Notes: a model not told the origin generated them from the sequence alone. A stretch of 64,000 bases of DNA from an uncultured virus (IMG/VR IMGVR_UViG_3300025154_000007) (IMGVR_UViG_3300025154_000007); one strand, 5' to 3'. Positions 19,717 through 29,591 are shown, numbered from the stretch's first letter. Translations and numbers: made by a program.

Positions 19717-20160
19717 ATGAAAACATTCAAATTATTTCTTGCGGCTTTGGTTCTTTCGGGTTGTTCGCCTTTTTATCTGAATACCGAAGGGTATTCTGTC
19801 AAGGACGGCGATCTTGAAGAATCGTGGAAAAAAACGGCATCTTATACTTATATATGGGAAGAGCTGGATGCTGAACAATATATAAAATCCCCGCATGAAT
19901 TTGAAGATGACGGCGGCGGCGATTGTGAAGATTTCGCTGTTTATTTAATGTACCTTTTGGGGAAGAAATCTGAATTGGCAGGCGTACTATTAAACGGAAC
20001 AACTTTATTCCATGCGCTTGTAATATATAATGGAAAATATCTTGATCCACAAGTTTACGGTAAATACTATACTAAAGATGAATTTATATTGATAAAAACA
20101 TATAATTATGATTATATGATGTTTGCGGCTACAAATGGCGGAACAAAAAATATATGGTAA
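19717..20160 (+). CDS. lipoprotein, transglutaminase-like cysteine protease (BTLCP/LapG-like)
   Basis: Lipobox LSGC; GGDCEDFA catalytic Cys motif, HAL and YLDP complete a Cys-His-Asp triad. Start set to ATG 19717. Confidence 0.75.
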   Translation: MKTFKLFLAALVLSGCSPFYLNTEGYSVKDGDLEESWKKTASYTYIWEELDAEQYIKSPHEFEDDGGGDCEDFAVYLMYLLGKKSELAGVLLNGTTLFHALVIYNGKYLDPQVYGKYYTKDEFILIKTYNYDYMMFAATNGGTKNIW

Positions 20161-20372
20161 ATATATTACGAACCAAGAAACCGGTTGAATGTGAAATGTG
20201 GCTAAAAGATCCAAAAACCGGGATGCTTACCAAATGTAAAAATAAAATTGATTTTATATGGACAAGATCGGGTGGATTTCTTTGCGCCAAATGCACAAAC
20301 AGAATGCATAAAAGATATCCAAATTACGGCAAGTTTATCGACGCCAAAAAATATTTAAGCAAAATAAAGTAA
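20154..20372 (+). CDS. small Cys-containing hypothetical protein
   Basis: CEM...CKN...LCAKC; last gene of the + arm. Confidence 0.5.
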   Translation: MVNILRTKKPVECEMWLKDPKTGMLTKCKNKIDFIWTRSGGFLCAKCTNRMHKRYPNYGKFIDAKKYLSKIK

Positions 20373-20375
20373 CCG

Positions 20376-20445
20376 GGTGCCCCTTGCCCGAATTGAACGG
20401 ACGGCCTCATCATCCGGTATGGATTCACACCTGATAGCCGGGGCA
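20376..20445 (-). other. degenerate tRNA-like element
   Basis: Minus strand TGCCCC...GTCCG-TTCAATT-CGGGC-AA-GGGGCA-CC: T-arm and partial acceptor stem, but no canonical D-arm or anticodon loop. Confidence 0.35.
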
Positions 20446-20450
20446 TTTAT

Positions 20451-20963
20451 TTATCCGGTTACTAATTCTTTTACATATAAAACCCATCCGGCAAATCCAA
20501 CAACACCTATTCCGATACAGCCTATTTTCCAATATAGAATCTCATTCAGTTTATTGTTTATTTCCTTCTTCAATACGCCCAAGGACGTTTCCAAACTCAA
20601 TACCGATTTCCCTGATTCTTTCGCTTGATCCTTTAGCACTACTATTTCCGATGATGAGCTTTCCAACTGCGTCGATACTATTGACAGTATATTTTTCGAG
20701 TCTGTTAAATCCTGTTTCAATATTTTTATATCTTCCTGAGAGAGATTCAATTGATTTCCCAATTCCGTCAATTGTATTTCCGAGGCCGTCAATTCCAGAT
20801 TCAATTTTTCGTTGGTTATCATTAATTGATTTTGCAAGGATTTCAAGTTCAGAAACTCTATCTTTGATATTTTCATTGTTTCTTGACTGAATAAACAAAC
20901 CGGCAAGAAAGAAAACAATGCCGATGATAATATAAGGAATAATTTTCTTGAACACATTGTCAC
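20451..20963 (-). CDS. spanin-like envelope protein (signal peptide, coiled coil, C-terminal TM)
   Basis: LFLILSSALFSFLPVCLFSQE signal, heptad-rich middle, WKIGCIGIGVVGFAGWVLYV TM; directly after the holin with ATGA coupling. Confidence 0.6.
   Translation of the reverse strand: MTMCSRKLFLILSSALFSFLPVCLFSQETMKISKIEFLNLKSLQNQLMITNEKLNLELTASEIQLTELGNQLNLSQEDIKILKQDLTDSKNILSIVSTQLESSSSEIVVLKDQAKESGKSVLSLETSLGVLKKEINNKLNEILYWKIGCIGIGVVGFAGWVLYVKELVTG
20551..20955 (-). CDS. i-spanin-like protein nested in another frame of 20451..20963
   Basis: N-terminal TM (IIPYIIIGIVFFLAGLFI), then coiled coil; AAGGAG RBS upstream. Confidence 0.6.
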   Translation of the reverse strand: MFKKIIPYIIIGIVFFLAGLFIQSRNNENIKDRVSELEILAKSINDNQRKIESGIDGLGNTIDGIGKSIESLSGRYKNIETGFNRLEKYTVNSIDAVGKLIIGNSSAKGSSERIREIGIEFGNVLGRIEEGNKQ

Positions 20964-21247
20964 TCCTTGGGCTTTCGTTTCAGGAGATTGGAATACAGGT
21001 TATATCCGTATGCACCAAGCGCCGCGTGGACAAGCGAATTTACCGCGTATGACGCCAAAACAAACGGCTTTTCAGTAGCAAAAAGCAACAAGGAAGCCAA
21101 AAGCGGGAATAGTACATACCCCTGCTTGAACCTGTTTTTTCTATCGAAGGATTTCAATAAAGCCGTAAGAAATACCACGCCGATCAAGAATAAAGGATCG
21201 ATCCCAAGTTCCTTGAACAATACCAAAGCCTGATTTATTGCTTCCAT
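20960..21247 (-). CDS. holin
   Basis: 95 aa, three hydrophobic segments, basic C-terminus, adjacent to the endolysin. Confidence 0.7.
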   Translation of the reverse strand: MEAINQALVLFKELGIDPLFLIGVVFLTALLKSFDRKNRFKQGYVLFPLLASLLLFATEKPFVLASYAVNSLVHAALGAYGYNLYSNLLKRKPKE

Positions 21248-21849
21248 TATTTTACTCCCCGTTTTATATCTTCGATAAACGCATTGAACAATGTCGGTTT
21301 ATTTACCCATAGACGTGGGCAATCTTTCCAGCCGACTACCATATTATGCGTACCCACGGAATCTTCCCTTATATTAAATTTTTTGCACAATGAAATAACC
21401 AATTCAATTGCGGAAGAAATAGTAGCATCCCGGAATGTTCCCACAGAATCAATTGCGCACATTTCTATTCCGATGGTTACTTGATTCGGGGATGATTTTA
21501 TTTTATTCGGATTATTGTATCTTTCGATATTGGCGTATTGGCCGAATTTTTCCCGTGCCCAATCAGTATAAATAACTTCGCTTTTCGGATCGATCAAAGA
21601 TGACCCGCAATGATACGCCATTTCAGTATCAGGTATGACATGAAATGTTTCTCCGGTAAAATCAATTATATAATGCGCAGATGAATAATGTTTTTCTTTT
21701 GGGCAATCATTCTCAAAATAATCCCATATTTGTTTTGTGGTATGCCCATAAGGCCCGGTCCAGTGCATTATAATTCCCGATACTTTTTTCAGATTCCTTC
21801 CGGGCCTCGTATATTCATTTATCGCAAGATATTTTTCGGTTAATGTCAT
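21247..21849 (-). CDS. endolysin, N-acetylmuramoyl-L-alanine amidase (Amidase_2)
   Basis: IIMHWT, SAHYIID, EMAYHCG, N..TIGIEMC, H......KDCP. Confidence 0.92.
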   Translation of the reverse strand: MTLTEKYLAINEYTRPGRNLKKVSGIIMHWTGPYGHTTKQIWDYFENDCPKEKHYSSAHYIIDFTGETFHVIPDTEMAYHCGSSLIDPKSEVIYTDWAREKFGQYANIERYNNPNKIKSSPNQVTIGIEMCAIDSVGTFRDATISSAIELVISLCKKFNIREDSVGTHNMVVGWKDCPRLWVNKPTLFNAFIEDIKRGVK

Positions 21850-21850
21850 A

Positions 21851-22231
21851 TTACATTTTCTTCATTATGACAGCAACCAATATAGCCGCAATGAATTGCA
21901 GGGCATTCATAAGATATACGCCTTTCAGATTGATCTTGGCTATTGCCATTTCATTTATCTCCTTTTGCAGAATTGCTATTTTCTGGTTTATGTCATTTAT
22001 GCCAGAAAGCCCGAAACATTCTTCCCGCCGTCTTACATGCCATAAATTATTTACATGATCAACAAACTTTTCATATTTATCTATCAATATGATGAGATTT
22101 CCCCTTATGCCGTTGTTCCTGTTCGGCAATGGTCCCATCAATACGGTTTGGATATCGCCTATTACGGCGGTATTTTCCTTGATATCATTTTCAATCAAGT
22201 TAAATCTTTGGTTAATTTCATCAATATCCAT
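21851..22231 (-). CDS. lysis-module membrane protein (coiled coil + C-terminal TM)
   Basis: Coiled-coil N-region, NNGIRG, C-terminal hydrophobic helix; just upstream of the endolysin. Confidence 0.55.
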   Translation of the reverse strand: MDIDEINQRFNLIENDIKENTAVIGDIQTVLMGPLPNRNNGIRGNLIILIDKYEKFVDHVNNLWHVRRREECFGLSGINDINQKIAILQKEINEMAIAKINLKGVYLMNALQFIAAILVAVIMKKM

Positions 22232-22241
22232 TGCGCACCCC

Positions 22242-24509
22242 TTATATGATTCTCAGATTGAATTTTATCATTGCGTTTTTTAGATCGTATTCCTTTCCCA
22301 ATACTTCACATTTCTTTGTTCCGAGGAATGAAGTTGTTTCCCGCCATATCTGGACATCAACGTTATCGCCGACATTTACGGCATAATATTTCATGGGAAC
22401 AGTAATCGATAATTCACCATGCAAATCCTTGAAATAAACAATCAGATCCTCAGCCAATAAAACGGCATCAGAATTAAATATAAGTTTGGTATTAAAATGC
22501 TTAAGGGTATCTATTCCGTATGAAGAATAAGTTGATGCCTTGTAAGTATTATTTAATGCCCAATTCATATTATCAGAATATTTTCCGATATATAATTTTT
22601 CTTCGGTTGCTGTATAAGTTTTACCTACAAAAATATTGCCTTGGTATGGATCATAAAATAAAGTGCGCGATAATTTACTAGGTCCGATATATTCAAATCC
22701 AGATACCCCATTCTCATCTGGCGCATTTATGCTTTTCATTGCTGAATTTCCAAATCCACCAGAGGTATTCTCAAGCATATATAACATATCATTTTCATCC
22801 ACTATCATGTTATATATAAAACTTGCATTTATGCCCGTAATATCCGTTCTTTCATATACGGATATTACATCTATTCCAGTAGAATCAAGTTTTAATATCT
22901 GAGAATTCGTAACTTGACCGCTAAACGTCAATCCATCAGATGCCCTAAATGCTACAAATAAATCTCCGGTAGATATATGACATATTCCAGTAACATCAAA
23001 TGCGGCAAAACCCGAAAATACCGCTGCGGTAGCATATACAGAACCAATACTTGAAGTAAATATAGTCATTGAAGTTCCGTAATCAGCCGTACCAGATTCT
23101 CTTGCCAAAACATATACTCCGGTTCCAACCACCCATTCAGCGTATTCAAACAGATAAGAAGACACGGTTGTATACGCTGACCACGAACTTCCGTAATCCG
23201 TAGAACGCATAACTGAAAATGCGCTGGAAGAATTCATACCATAATACAATACTACGCCGGAGCCTTCATTTATTGCTTGCGTCAAAGGAAGAACAGTAGT
23301 AAATATGCTCCATGAACTTCCATAATCTGAAGAACGCATTACTGAAAATGCGCTGGAAGAATTCATACCATAATACAATACTACGCCGGAGCCTTCATTT
23401 ATTGCTTGCGTCAAAGGAAGAACAGTAGTAAATATGCTCCATGAACTTCCATAATCCTTTGATCTAAAAATTCTATCCGAGCAACAAATTAATATTTCCC
23501 CATTCTTTGGTGAAATTATATTTCTTACAACGCTTGAGGTAGAACTGATTTCCATTACAGAAAATGAAGAACAATAATCGCTAGTTTTTCGTATATTCAT
23601 TCCGCCAGATAGTGGAACATACTCAACAAATATCAATGAACCATTATCCATAGCTATTGGATATAATTGCCCCTTTGATTCAGTCGTTATAGTTCCTGCT
23701 TCAATTAAGGGAAATGGGGGGCTTTCTACGCTTGTGCTTCCCAATATATCTTTTTCGTCATAACTTATCGCTGTCGGATTTATTACGTCGTACCGGCTTA
23801 TCACCGAGACCGAAGTAGCGTCGGTATCGATCATTTTATAGGAATACCGCCCATCTCCGGTTATGAAAAAGAATCCCATTGTACTTTTGACGCAATCTTC
23901 TATAGCTTTATTCACGGTATCATTATCGGGATGCTTTCTATAAACGTCATACGCCAATGCTTTTGCGGCAGTCATCGCCGAAACATCGAAATACAGACTT
24001 CCGGCAGTTATAGCATAATTTCCCAACAATATGTTTTCAACGCCCTGTACCGCATCCACGAATTCAAGATCAACGCTCGAACCTGTAGTCAGTCTTTTTC
24101 TTAAATCAGCGATACCGAATATTGCGACATCTTCTTTTATTTCTATTTTTTCGATATAACCAGTATAGATATTCACATACTCGCTTATATCCAATTCCAC
24201 ATAGCCAATATAAACTTTTATTGACGAGCCTATTACATTATAGTCATCCATCAAAGTATCAAATGCGCCGTCATTGTTTATAAGTTGGATTGACGATGCC
24301 CCGAATACCAATATTCCGAAAAAGGCGCTATCCCTTTTTATTGATATCCTGGGATCGTTTTTTAATCTTCCTTGGTATAAATCAGCTGATCCAATTGGAA
24401 TAAATTCATCAAAAGAAAATCTTCCGGCATAATTTCCATCTTTGGAATCGATATCGAGCAATACACGGAATGATGATACTGATTTATTTATTTCCGTCGA
24501 GAATGACAT
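22242..24509 (-). CDS. tail tip / receptor-binding protein with Asp-box (BNR) beta-propeller insert
   Basis: Follows the distal tail gene; repeated SxDYGSSW Asp-boxes; N- and C-terminal parts resemble a tail hub. Confidence 0.7.
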   Translation of the reverse strand: MSFSTEINKSVSSFRVLLDIDSKDGNYAGRFSFDEFIPIGSADLYQGRLKNDPRISIKRDSAFFGILVFGASSIQLINNDGAFDTLMDDYNVIGSSIKVYIGYVELDISEYVNIYTGYIEKIEIKEDVAIFGIADLRKRLTTGSSVDLEFVDAVQGVENILLGNYAITAGSLYFDVSAMTAAKALAYDVYRKHPDNDTVNKAIEDCVKSTMGFFFITGDGRYSYKMIDTDATSVSVISRYDVINPTAISYDEKDILGSTSVESPPFPLIEAGTITTESKGQLYPIAMDNGSLIFVEYVPLSGGMNIRKTSDYCSSFSVMEISSTSSVVRNIISPKNGEILICCSDRIFRSKDYGSSWSIFTTVLPLTQAINEGSGVVLYYGMNSSSAFSVMRSSDYGSSWSIFTTVLPLTQAINEGSGVVLYYGMNSSSAFSVMRSTDYGSSWSAYTTVSSYLFEYAEWVVGTGVYVLARESGTADYGTSMTIFTSSIGSVYATAAVFSGFAAFDVTGICHISTGDLFVAFRASDGLTFSGQVTNSQILKLDSTGIDVISVYERTDITGINASFIYNMIVDENDMLYMLENTSGGFGNSAMKSINAPDENGVSGFEYIGPSKLSRTLFYDPYQGNIFVGKTYTATEEKLYIGKYSDNMNWALNNTYKASTYSSYGIDTLKHFNTKLIFNSDAVLLAEDLIVYFKDLHGELSITVPMKYYAVNVGDNVDVQIWRETTSFLGTKKCEVLGKEYDLKNAMIKFNLRII
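23212..23456. repeat. tandem duplication, 129-bp period, 116 bp identical (23212-23327 = 23341-23456)
   Basis: Direct comparison; encodes the 43-aa unit RSxDYGSSWSIFTTVLPLTQAINEGSGVVLYYGMNSSSAFSVM twice. Confidence 0.95.
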
Positions 24510-26294
24510 TTACATTTCCTCTTCCATATTCAAAGAATAAGCAAATTTCATTCTATCGGTATGATCAAAACCTATCGCACCATTGAAACTTACATAACAA
24601 GGTTCCACTAATTGATAACTTCTAATTTGGTCGAAATTGCAAAAGATAAAAGAAGAATGATTTCCGACTTCATCATACATTTTGGAAAGTTCATATACCA
24701 TTGTTTCTTCCGTAGGCGGAAACGTGATATTGAATTCCCGCCAACCAACCCCGACCGATGCCCATTTCTGCCTGTTTTTTCCGTGGATAACATTATCACT
24801 TCTTTTTTTTGCTACTTTGAAATCAAGCAGGGATGAAGGATCGATTGTCAGATATTCCCCAAGCCATAAACGCCCGATTTCTAAATCGCCCTGCGCCCCG
24901 AAAGTAAACCGCCAATATTTATAATAATAAGTATCGTCAAGGAATTTCAAACTTAAATTCGGGTTAATTGTTATCTGTTCATCCAATTCTGGATCGCCCC
25001 AATCATTAGAATTATTGGCTTGTATGCGGAGATTGTTTCCAGTAAGTAAATTATGGCCCAATACGGCGGCAATATTTACACCCAAACCATAATCAACAGG
25101 CCACCATCCGGCAAGTCCGTCATATTCACCAACCCAAGATTCTTGATTATAAAGTTTTTCAATTTCCCAATCGGCAAGGGCGCGGTTGTAGATGCGGGGG
25201 TCGGCGATATCCCCCGTATAATAGGAAACACTGCCGTCCCTCCCAAGAAGATTCAGCGTACCACTAGATGCGAATTGAGATGCCGGAATAGAAGTGGTAT
25301 TATGTATATTTAGAACACCGTCAAAATAGATATCTACCGAAACTGATGGTGTATATACCCCGGTAATCAAATGCCAATTTCCGTCAAGGGCATTTAGTCC
25401 TATGCATGTTGTTATAAATTGAGTTGTACCGTCAACGGAAATCCTAAAATCAGGATTTGTATTGACAAAAATACTCGGGCCTCTGGAACCCCCGCCGCTG
25501 TCTTTCGTCATCACATATCCGCCGACAGTTGACTTGAACCATAGTGACCATGTAAAAGCTCCTGGTATATTAAGCGACGCGGATAATCTCACAATATCAT
25601 TCACGCCATCCCCGATCAGCCCCCTCCCCGCCGGAGTATCCACCGGAGTCGCACCGACCACCGTGCCGTTGTTCCCGTTGCCCGATTGATCTTCTAGTTG
25701 ATAAGTATAATTTCCGTTTCCGAAATATAAACCATCGACATCAAATACCGTCCCGGCTGATGCCGTATTTGTTCCCAATATCGTCAGAGTTGTAGCCGAT
25801 GCTCCGCCCACAATCAAAGAAGAAAATAAAGCGAATTCAGTGCCAATTCCCGTAATTGTAGAAACTACCGACGCGCCGACTAAAATTGAAACGGTGGTTG
25901 ACAACGCATTAGGAGAACGCAATTTTGTTATCAAAGTTTGGCCGCTTGCCAATGCTACGCCGGAAGCTTTTCTGATGTATGATCCTGCCGTACTTGCCGT
26001 CAGCCGTAGTATTCCATTATATGTAGTATAATCAATTGTTCCGCCTGTAGCAACAAAAGAATATGCACTCCCGGAAAACTCAGTAAATAAAACCGTTCCA
26101 GCACTTGCATCTGGGTACTCAGGAAAAGTATCCAATTCCGCCAACACCGTTTGGCTTGTAGCCGATCCCGATTTCCATACCGTAGTCAACCGCTGATCCT
26201 GGACATCTAAAATACTATATCCGGTTGCCGTGGATAACGCCGTCAAAGTCGAAGCATTCAAATCGTCAATTATATTATCGTACGCCACCCTCAT
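24510..26294 (-). CDS. distal tail protein with inserted LamG/concanavalin-like carbohydrate-binding domain
   Basis: DQSGNGNNGT, FTWSLWFK, DGNWHLITGVY, YFDG, G.IADPRIYNRAL LamG motifs; directly after the tape measure gene. Confidence 0.78.
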   Translation of the reverse strand: MRVAYDNIIDDLNASTLTALSTATGYSILDVQDQRLTTVWKSGSATSQTVLAELDTFPEYPDASAGTVLFTEFSGSAYSFVATGGTIDYTTYNGILRLTASTAGSYIRKASGVALASGQTLITKLRSPNALSTTVSILVGASVVSTITGIGTEFALFSSLIVGGASATTLTILGTNTASAGTVFDVDGLYFGNGNYTYQLEDQSGNGNNGTVVGATPVDTPAGRGLIGDGVNDIVRLSASLNIPGAFTWSLWFKSTVGGYVMTKDSGGGSRGPSIFVNTNPDFRISVDGTTQFITTCIGLNALDGNWHLITGVYTPSVSVDIYFDGVLNIHNTTSIPASQFASSGTLNLLGRDGSVSYYTGDIADPRIYNRALADWEIEKLYNQESWVGEYDGLAGWWPVDYGLGVNIAAVLGHNLLTGNNLRIQANNSNDWGDPELDEQITINPNLSLKFLDDTYYYKYWRFTFGAQGDLEIGRLWLGEYLTIDPSSLLDFKVAKKRSDNVIHGKNRQKWASVGVGWREFNITFPPTEETMVYELSKMYDEVGNHSSFIFCNFDQIRSYQLVEPCYVSFNGAIGFDHTDRMKFAYSLNMEEEM

Positions 26295-29200
26295 ACCACT
26301 GCCCCCGCGCTTATTAATATCGATCTGTTTTTTGTAGCCGGGAATATCTTGCTTAATATAGGTTCGGAATCTATTTGCACAGTAAGATTTATCATGCCCT
26401 CGCCTGAATCGGCGGAAATTCCAGTTGATCTTTTGGATGCTGAAACTCCGGCGCTTTCATTTATGGCGGAAACGTTTAATCTTGTTCCCACTGATTTTAA
26501 TGGCTCCATTCCGCTTAAATGCAGCGTATCGACTGCTTTGGTATATGGATCAAGGTTTTCCGGTTCTGATAATGATTCATTTAAAAGATTTATAAGATCC
26601 ATATATACTCCCCTTGCCGATGCAGGAGCTTTTGCCATGTCAACCCTTAATTCCGCTATTTCTATTCTGGTTCTTGCATCGGCCAATGCTTTCTCGGAAG
26701 CCAGTATTTTTGCATTGGTTTCCTCTATTGCAGTCGCACGAAGTTTTTCATATCTATCTATTATTATTTGTCTAGCAAGGGCATCTTCTTCTTCCGCAAT
26801 TAGTCCCTGTATTCTTGCCCGTTCTTCAAGATCAAATGTAGTAGATAATTGTTTTCTTAGGTCGGCTATGTTGTTTGCAATTCTTTCTTGATCCGTTTCT
26901 TCCTTGAATCCAGCTAATTCAAGCACTAATCGTTCTTCCTCATCAATTAAATCAATTTTATCATCAAGGCCGCTTTTTAAATTGGTTATTTCCTGTTCCA
27001 GTATTTTTAATTTAGTGTCTTCAGTTACTTTCAATATTGCTTTTATATCGGAGGCTATTTTTTTTGCGGCTTCCTTGGCTTTTTTTGCGGATGCATCGAA
27101 AATATCAAATATCTGTACACCAACTTGAATTATGCCGGAAACAACCGCACCTTCCTGGCCGAATAGCATAGCGATATCAGCCCCCATCAAAGCGAGATTT
27201 CTGCCCATGTCTTCCGTCTCACCGTTTATCAGATTACCGATATGGTTGACCATATTGCTTGTTATGGAAATTATATTATTGGCAAGGGACAAGCGGGCGT
27301 TCTTTTCTTTTTCCATATTTTCTTTTTTATATGCAAGAAGAGAATCATCCAGATTTTTTTCATCGTTGACCCGCTTAAGTTTATACGCCGCCATTTGATT
27401 TTCGGCGCTTATTGTGCCTAATCTGCTTTTTTCCCTCGCCGCATCCCGCTTATCGATAGCTTCTATTGCGGTATCCACTTCATCATTTATTGCTTTTTGT
27501 TCTGAATCGTGAATCGCAATCGAATCTTCCAATTGTTCGGCATTCGCATCTTTCAATTTTTGAGTCAAGGCTTCTATCGCCGCTAATCTATCAGCTTCAA
27601 GTTTCGATCCTTTGGCCCATGGTGTTTTGGATAAGATATTTATTTGTTCCGCTATTTTTTGAAACTCGGTTTTTTCATCTTCAAGAATCCCCAATACTTC
27701 TTTTCTTATATCTTTATATTTTTCTGTTGTTTCAAGCGCTTTCTTTTCGTCATCAAGTTTCTTTTTCGCAGCAAGAAGTTCCTTTTCAGAATTAGCAGCA
27801 GAAATAACGGCATTTCCACGGGCGTTTTGCATTTGGTTTCTGTTTTTTTCTACCAAATCCGTGCGTACTTGTTTCAATAAAACCAATTCTTTTTCAAGCT
27901 CAGCGTTTTCATTTTCAAATAATCCGGTAGAAGCTCCGATTGAGGCATTCACTTCTTCTATTCTGTCATTTATTATTTTGAAATCATCTGCAATATTTCC
28001 GGTAGTACCGCCCTTTAATACGGCATTCAATTCTTTTTGATTTTCCTGAGCTATACGGATATTATTTGCAACCAAAGCAAATGCCGCCGCCAAAGCAATT
28101 ACGGCAGTCGTCGCCGCAACGATAGGATTTATCACCAATCCTGCTTGCAATGCAATAACGGCCCTTGTCAAATTACTTACGCCTATTATTGCCGGTCCCA
28201 ATATTGCGGTAAATCCGGCAATAATCAATATATTTTGTTTGGTATTGGAATCCAGATTACCGATCCATTTGGCCAATTCGCTTACACCTTTCACCGTATT
28301 TTTTATTGCGGGCATTAAATCTTCTACAAATGATCTTCCCGTGGAACTTACGTCATCCGAAAGCGTAGACATCAAGCCGGATAATGTTTTGGAAGCGGTT
28401 TCCATCCCTTTGAAAAATAGACCGCCTTCCGAAGTGACAAACTTGAAAGATTCAGCAACCATATCCGAGGATATCGCGCCTTTGGACATTTTATCTTTCA
28501 GCGAGGCCATGCTTTCGCCGGTCCGATCAGATATTTCTTTTAAGGGATTGAATCCGGCATTTATCAATTGCAGTAAATCCTGCCCCATCAATTTACCGGC
28601 TGATTGTACTTGCCCGTATACCAATGCCAAAGAATTCATTCTGGCCTGATTGCCGCCGGAAACATCGCCGATTCTTTTCAATACATTTATTACTTCTTTT
28701 CCCGATACGCCAAACTGCAATAAAACTTTGGTGGAAGCCGCAAGCCCGGAAGCCTCGAACGGAGTAACCGCCGCCAAATCTTTTATATCTTCCATCAATA
28801 CTTTGGCTTTTTCGGCACTTCCGAGCATCGTGGTAAATGATGCTTCAAGCATTTCCATATCAGCCGCAGATTTTACCGCCGCAACACCAAGCCCCAACAA
28901 AGGTGCAGTAACAAATAGGGAAAGGCTTTTTCCTATTTTTCCTGCTTGCATACTCCAATCAGTCATTTTTTTAGTCAATGAAACTTGCTTTTTTTCCAAT
29001 GCGATTATTTCATTTCCAAGTTTATAATAATCGTTCATTAATTTTTGGGTTTCTTTTCCGGTAGGATCAATGCCTTCGGAAATCAATCGGCTCATTTCAG
29101 TTTTAAGAGCGGCCTGTTTTTGTTTTAATATATCAGTAGAATTTCCCCATAACGCAGTTTCACCATCCAAGTTTTTTAAAGATTTAGCTAAATCAGTCGA

Positions 29201-29314
29201 TCCTTTTGCAATAGATTCGGCCATTGATCTAAACTTAGATTCGGATTTATCCACAGAATTATCAAACTGGGAATTGTCACCTACGATCCTTACAACCATA
29301 TCGCCGACTGACAT
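26291..29314 (-). CDS. tail tape measure protein
   Basis: 1007 aa helical protein; VTAPLLGLG, F.TMLGSAEKA, TPFE, GKLMGQDL.QL..AG, FFKGME..SKT..G..STL.D motifs. Confidence 0.95.
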   Translation of the reverse strand: MSVGDMVVRIVGDNSQFDNSVDKSESKFRSMAESIAKGSTDLAKSLKNLDGETALWGNSTDILKQKQAALKTEMSRLISEGIDPTGKETQKLMNDYYKLGNEIIALEKKQVSLTKKMTDWSMQAGKIGKSLSLFVTAPLLGLGVAAVKSAADMEMLEASFTTMLGSAEKAKVLMEDIKDLAAVTPFEASGLAASTKVLLQFGVSGKEVINVLKRIGDVSGGNQARMNSLALVYGQVQSAGKLMGQDLLQLINAGFNPLKEISDRTGESMASLKDKMSKGAISSDMVAESFKFVTSEGGLFFKGMETASKTLSGLMSTLSDDVSSTGRSFVEDLMPAIKNTVKGVSELAKWIGNLDSNTKQNILIIAGFTAILGPAIIGVSNLTRAVIALQAGLVINPIVAATTAVIALAAAFALVANNIRIAQENQKELNAVLKGGTTGNIADDFKIINDRIEEVNASIGASTGLFENENAELEKELVLLKQVRTDLVEKNRNQMQNARGNAVISAANSEKELLAAKKKLDDEKKALETTEKYKDIRKEVLGILEDEKTEFQKIAEQINILSKTPWAKGSKLEADRLAAIEALTQKLKDANAEQLEDSIAIHDSEQKAINDEVDTAIEAIDKRDAAREKSRLGTISAENQMAAYKLKRVNDEKNLDDSLLAYKKENMEKEKNARLSLANNIISITSNMVNHIGNLINGETEDMGRNLALMGADIAMLFGQEGAVVSGIIQVGVQIFDIFDASAKKAKEAAKKIASDIKAILKVTEDTKLKILEQEITNLKSGLDDKIDLIDEEERLVLELAGFKEETDQERIANNIADLRKQLSTTFDLEERARIQGLIAEEEDALARQIIIDRYEKLRATAIEETNAKILASEKALADARTRIEIAELRVDMAKAPASARGVYMDLINLLNESLSEPENLDPYTKAVDTLHLSGMEPLKSVGTRLNVSAINESAGVSASKRSTGISADSGEGMINLTVQIDSEPILSKIFPATKNRSILISAGAVV

Positions 29315-29315
29315 A

Positions 29316-29591
29316 TTATACCGCCCCGTATTTAGTCGCGTATTGTGCTTTCAATGCATCGCTTTTTTCTTTTTCGGCCAATTCTTTTGCCTGATCCCTT
29401 ATTTCTTTTAATTCATTATAACTTTTATCGGCCAAACCGGGAGTATTTTCACTTTTCCCGTATTTCATTTCAATGCCTTTGTTATGATAAAGAATAATCT
29501 GCCCGATAGTCATTTCCCATAACAAATATTCCTTCGTCGCCCATGGATACAATAAAGCCATGGAAACAAACAAGCGCCCAAGATGAATCAC
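29316..29591 (-). CDS. tail assembly chaperone, frameshifted C-terminal part (gpT-like)
   Basis: In the -1 frame of the upstream chaperone and open from the A AAA AAC site; lies before the tape measure gene. Confidence 0.75.
   Translation of the reverse strand: MIHLGRLFVSMALLYPWATKEYLLWEMTIGQIILYHNKGIEMKYGKSENTPGLADKSYNELKEIRDQAKELAEKEKSDALKAQYATKYGAV

Noticed and set aside
20376..20445. Functional tRNA gene
   Set aside because: Too short; acceptor stem has two mismatches; no canonical D-arm or 7-nt anticodon loop with U33. Kept only as tRNA-like.
23212..23456. Repeat in the tail protein as a diversity-generating retroelement TR/VR pair
   Set aside because: Copies are adjacent, in frame and identical with no adenine-specific differences; no reverse transcriptase found.
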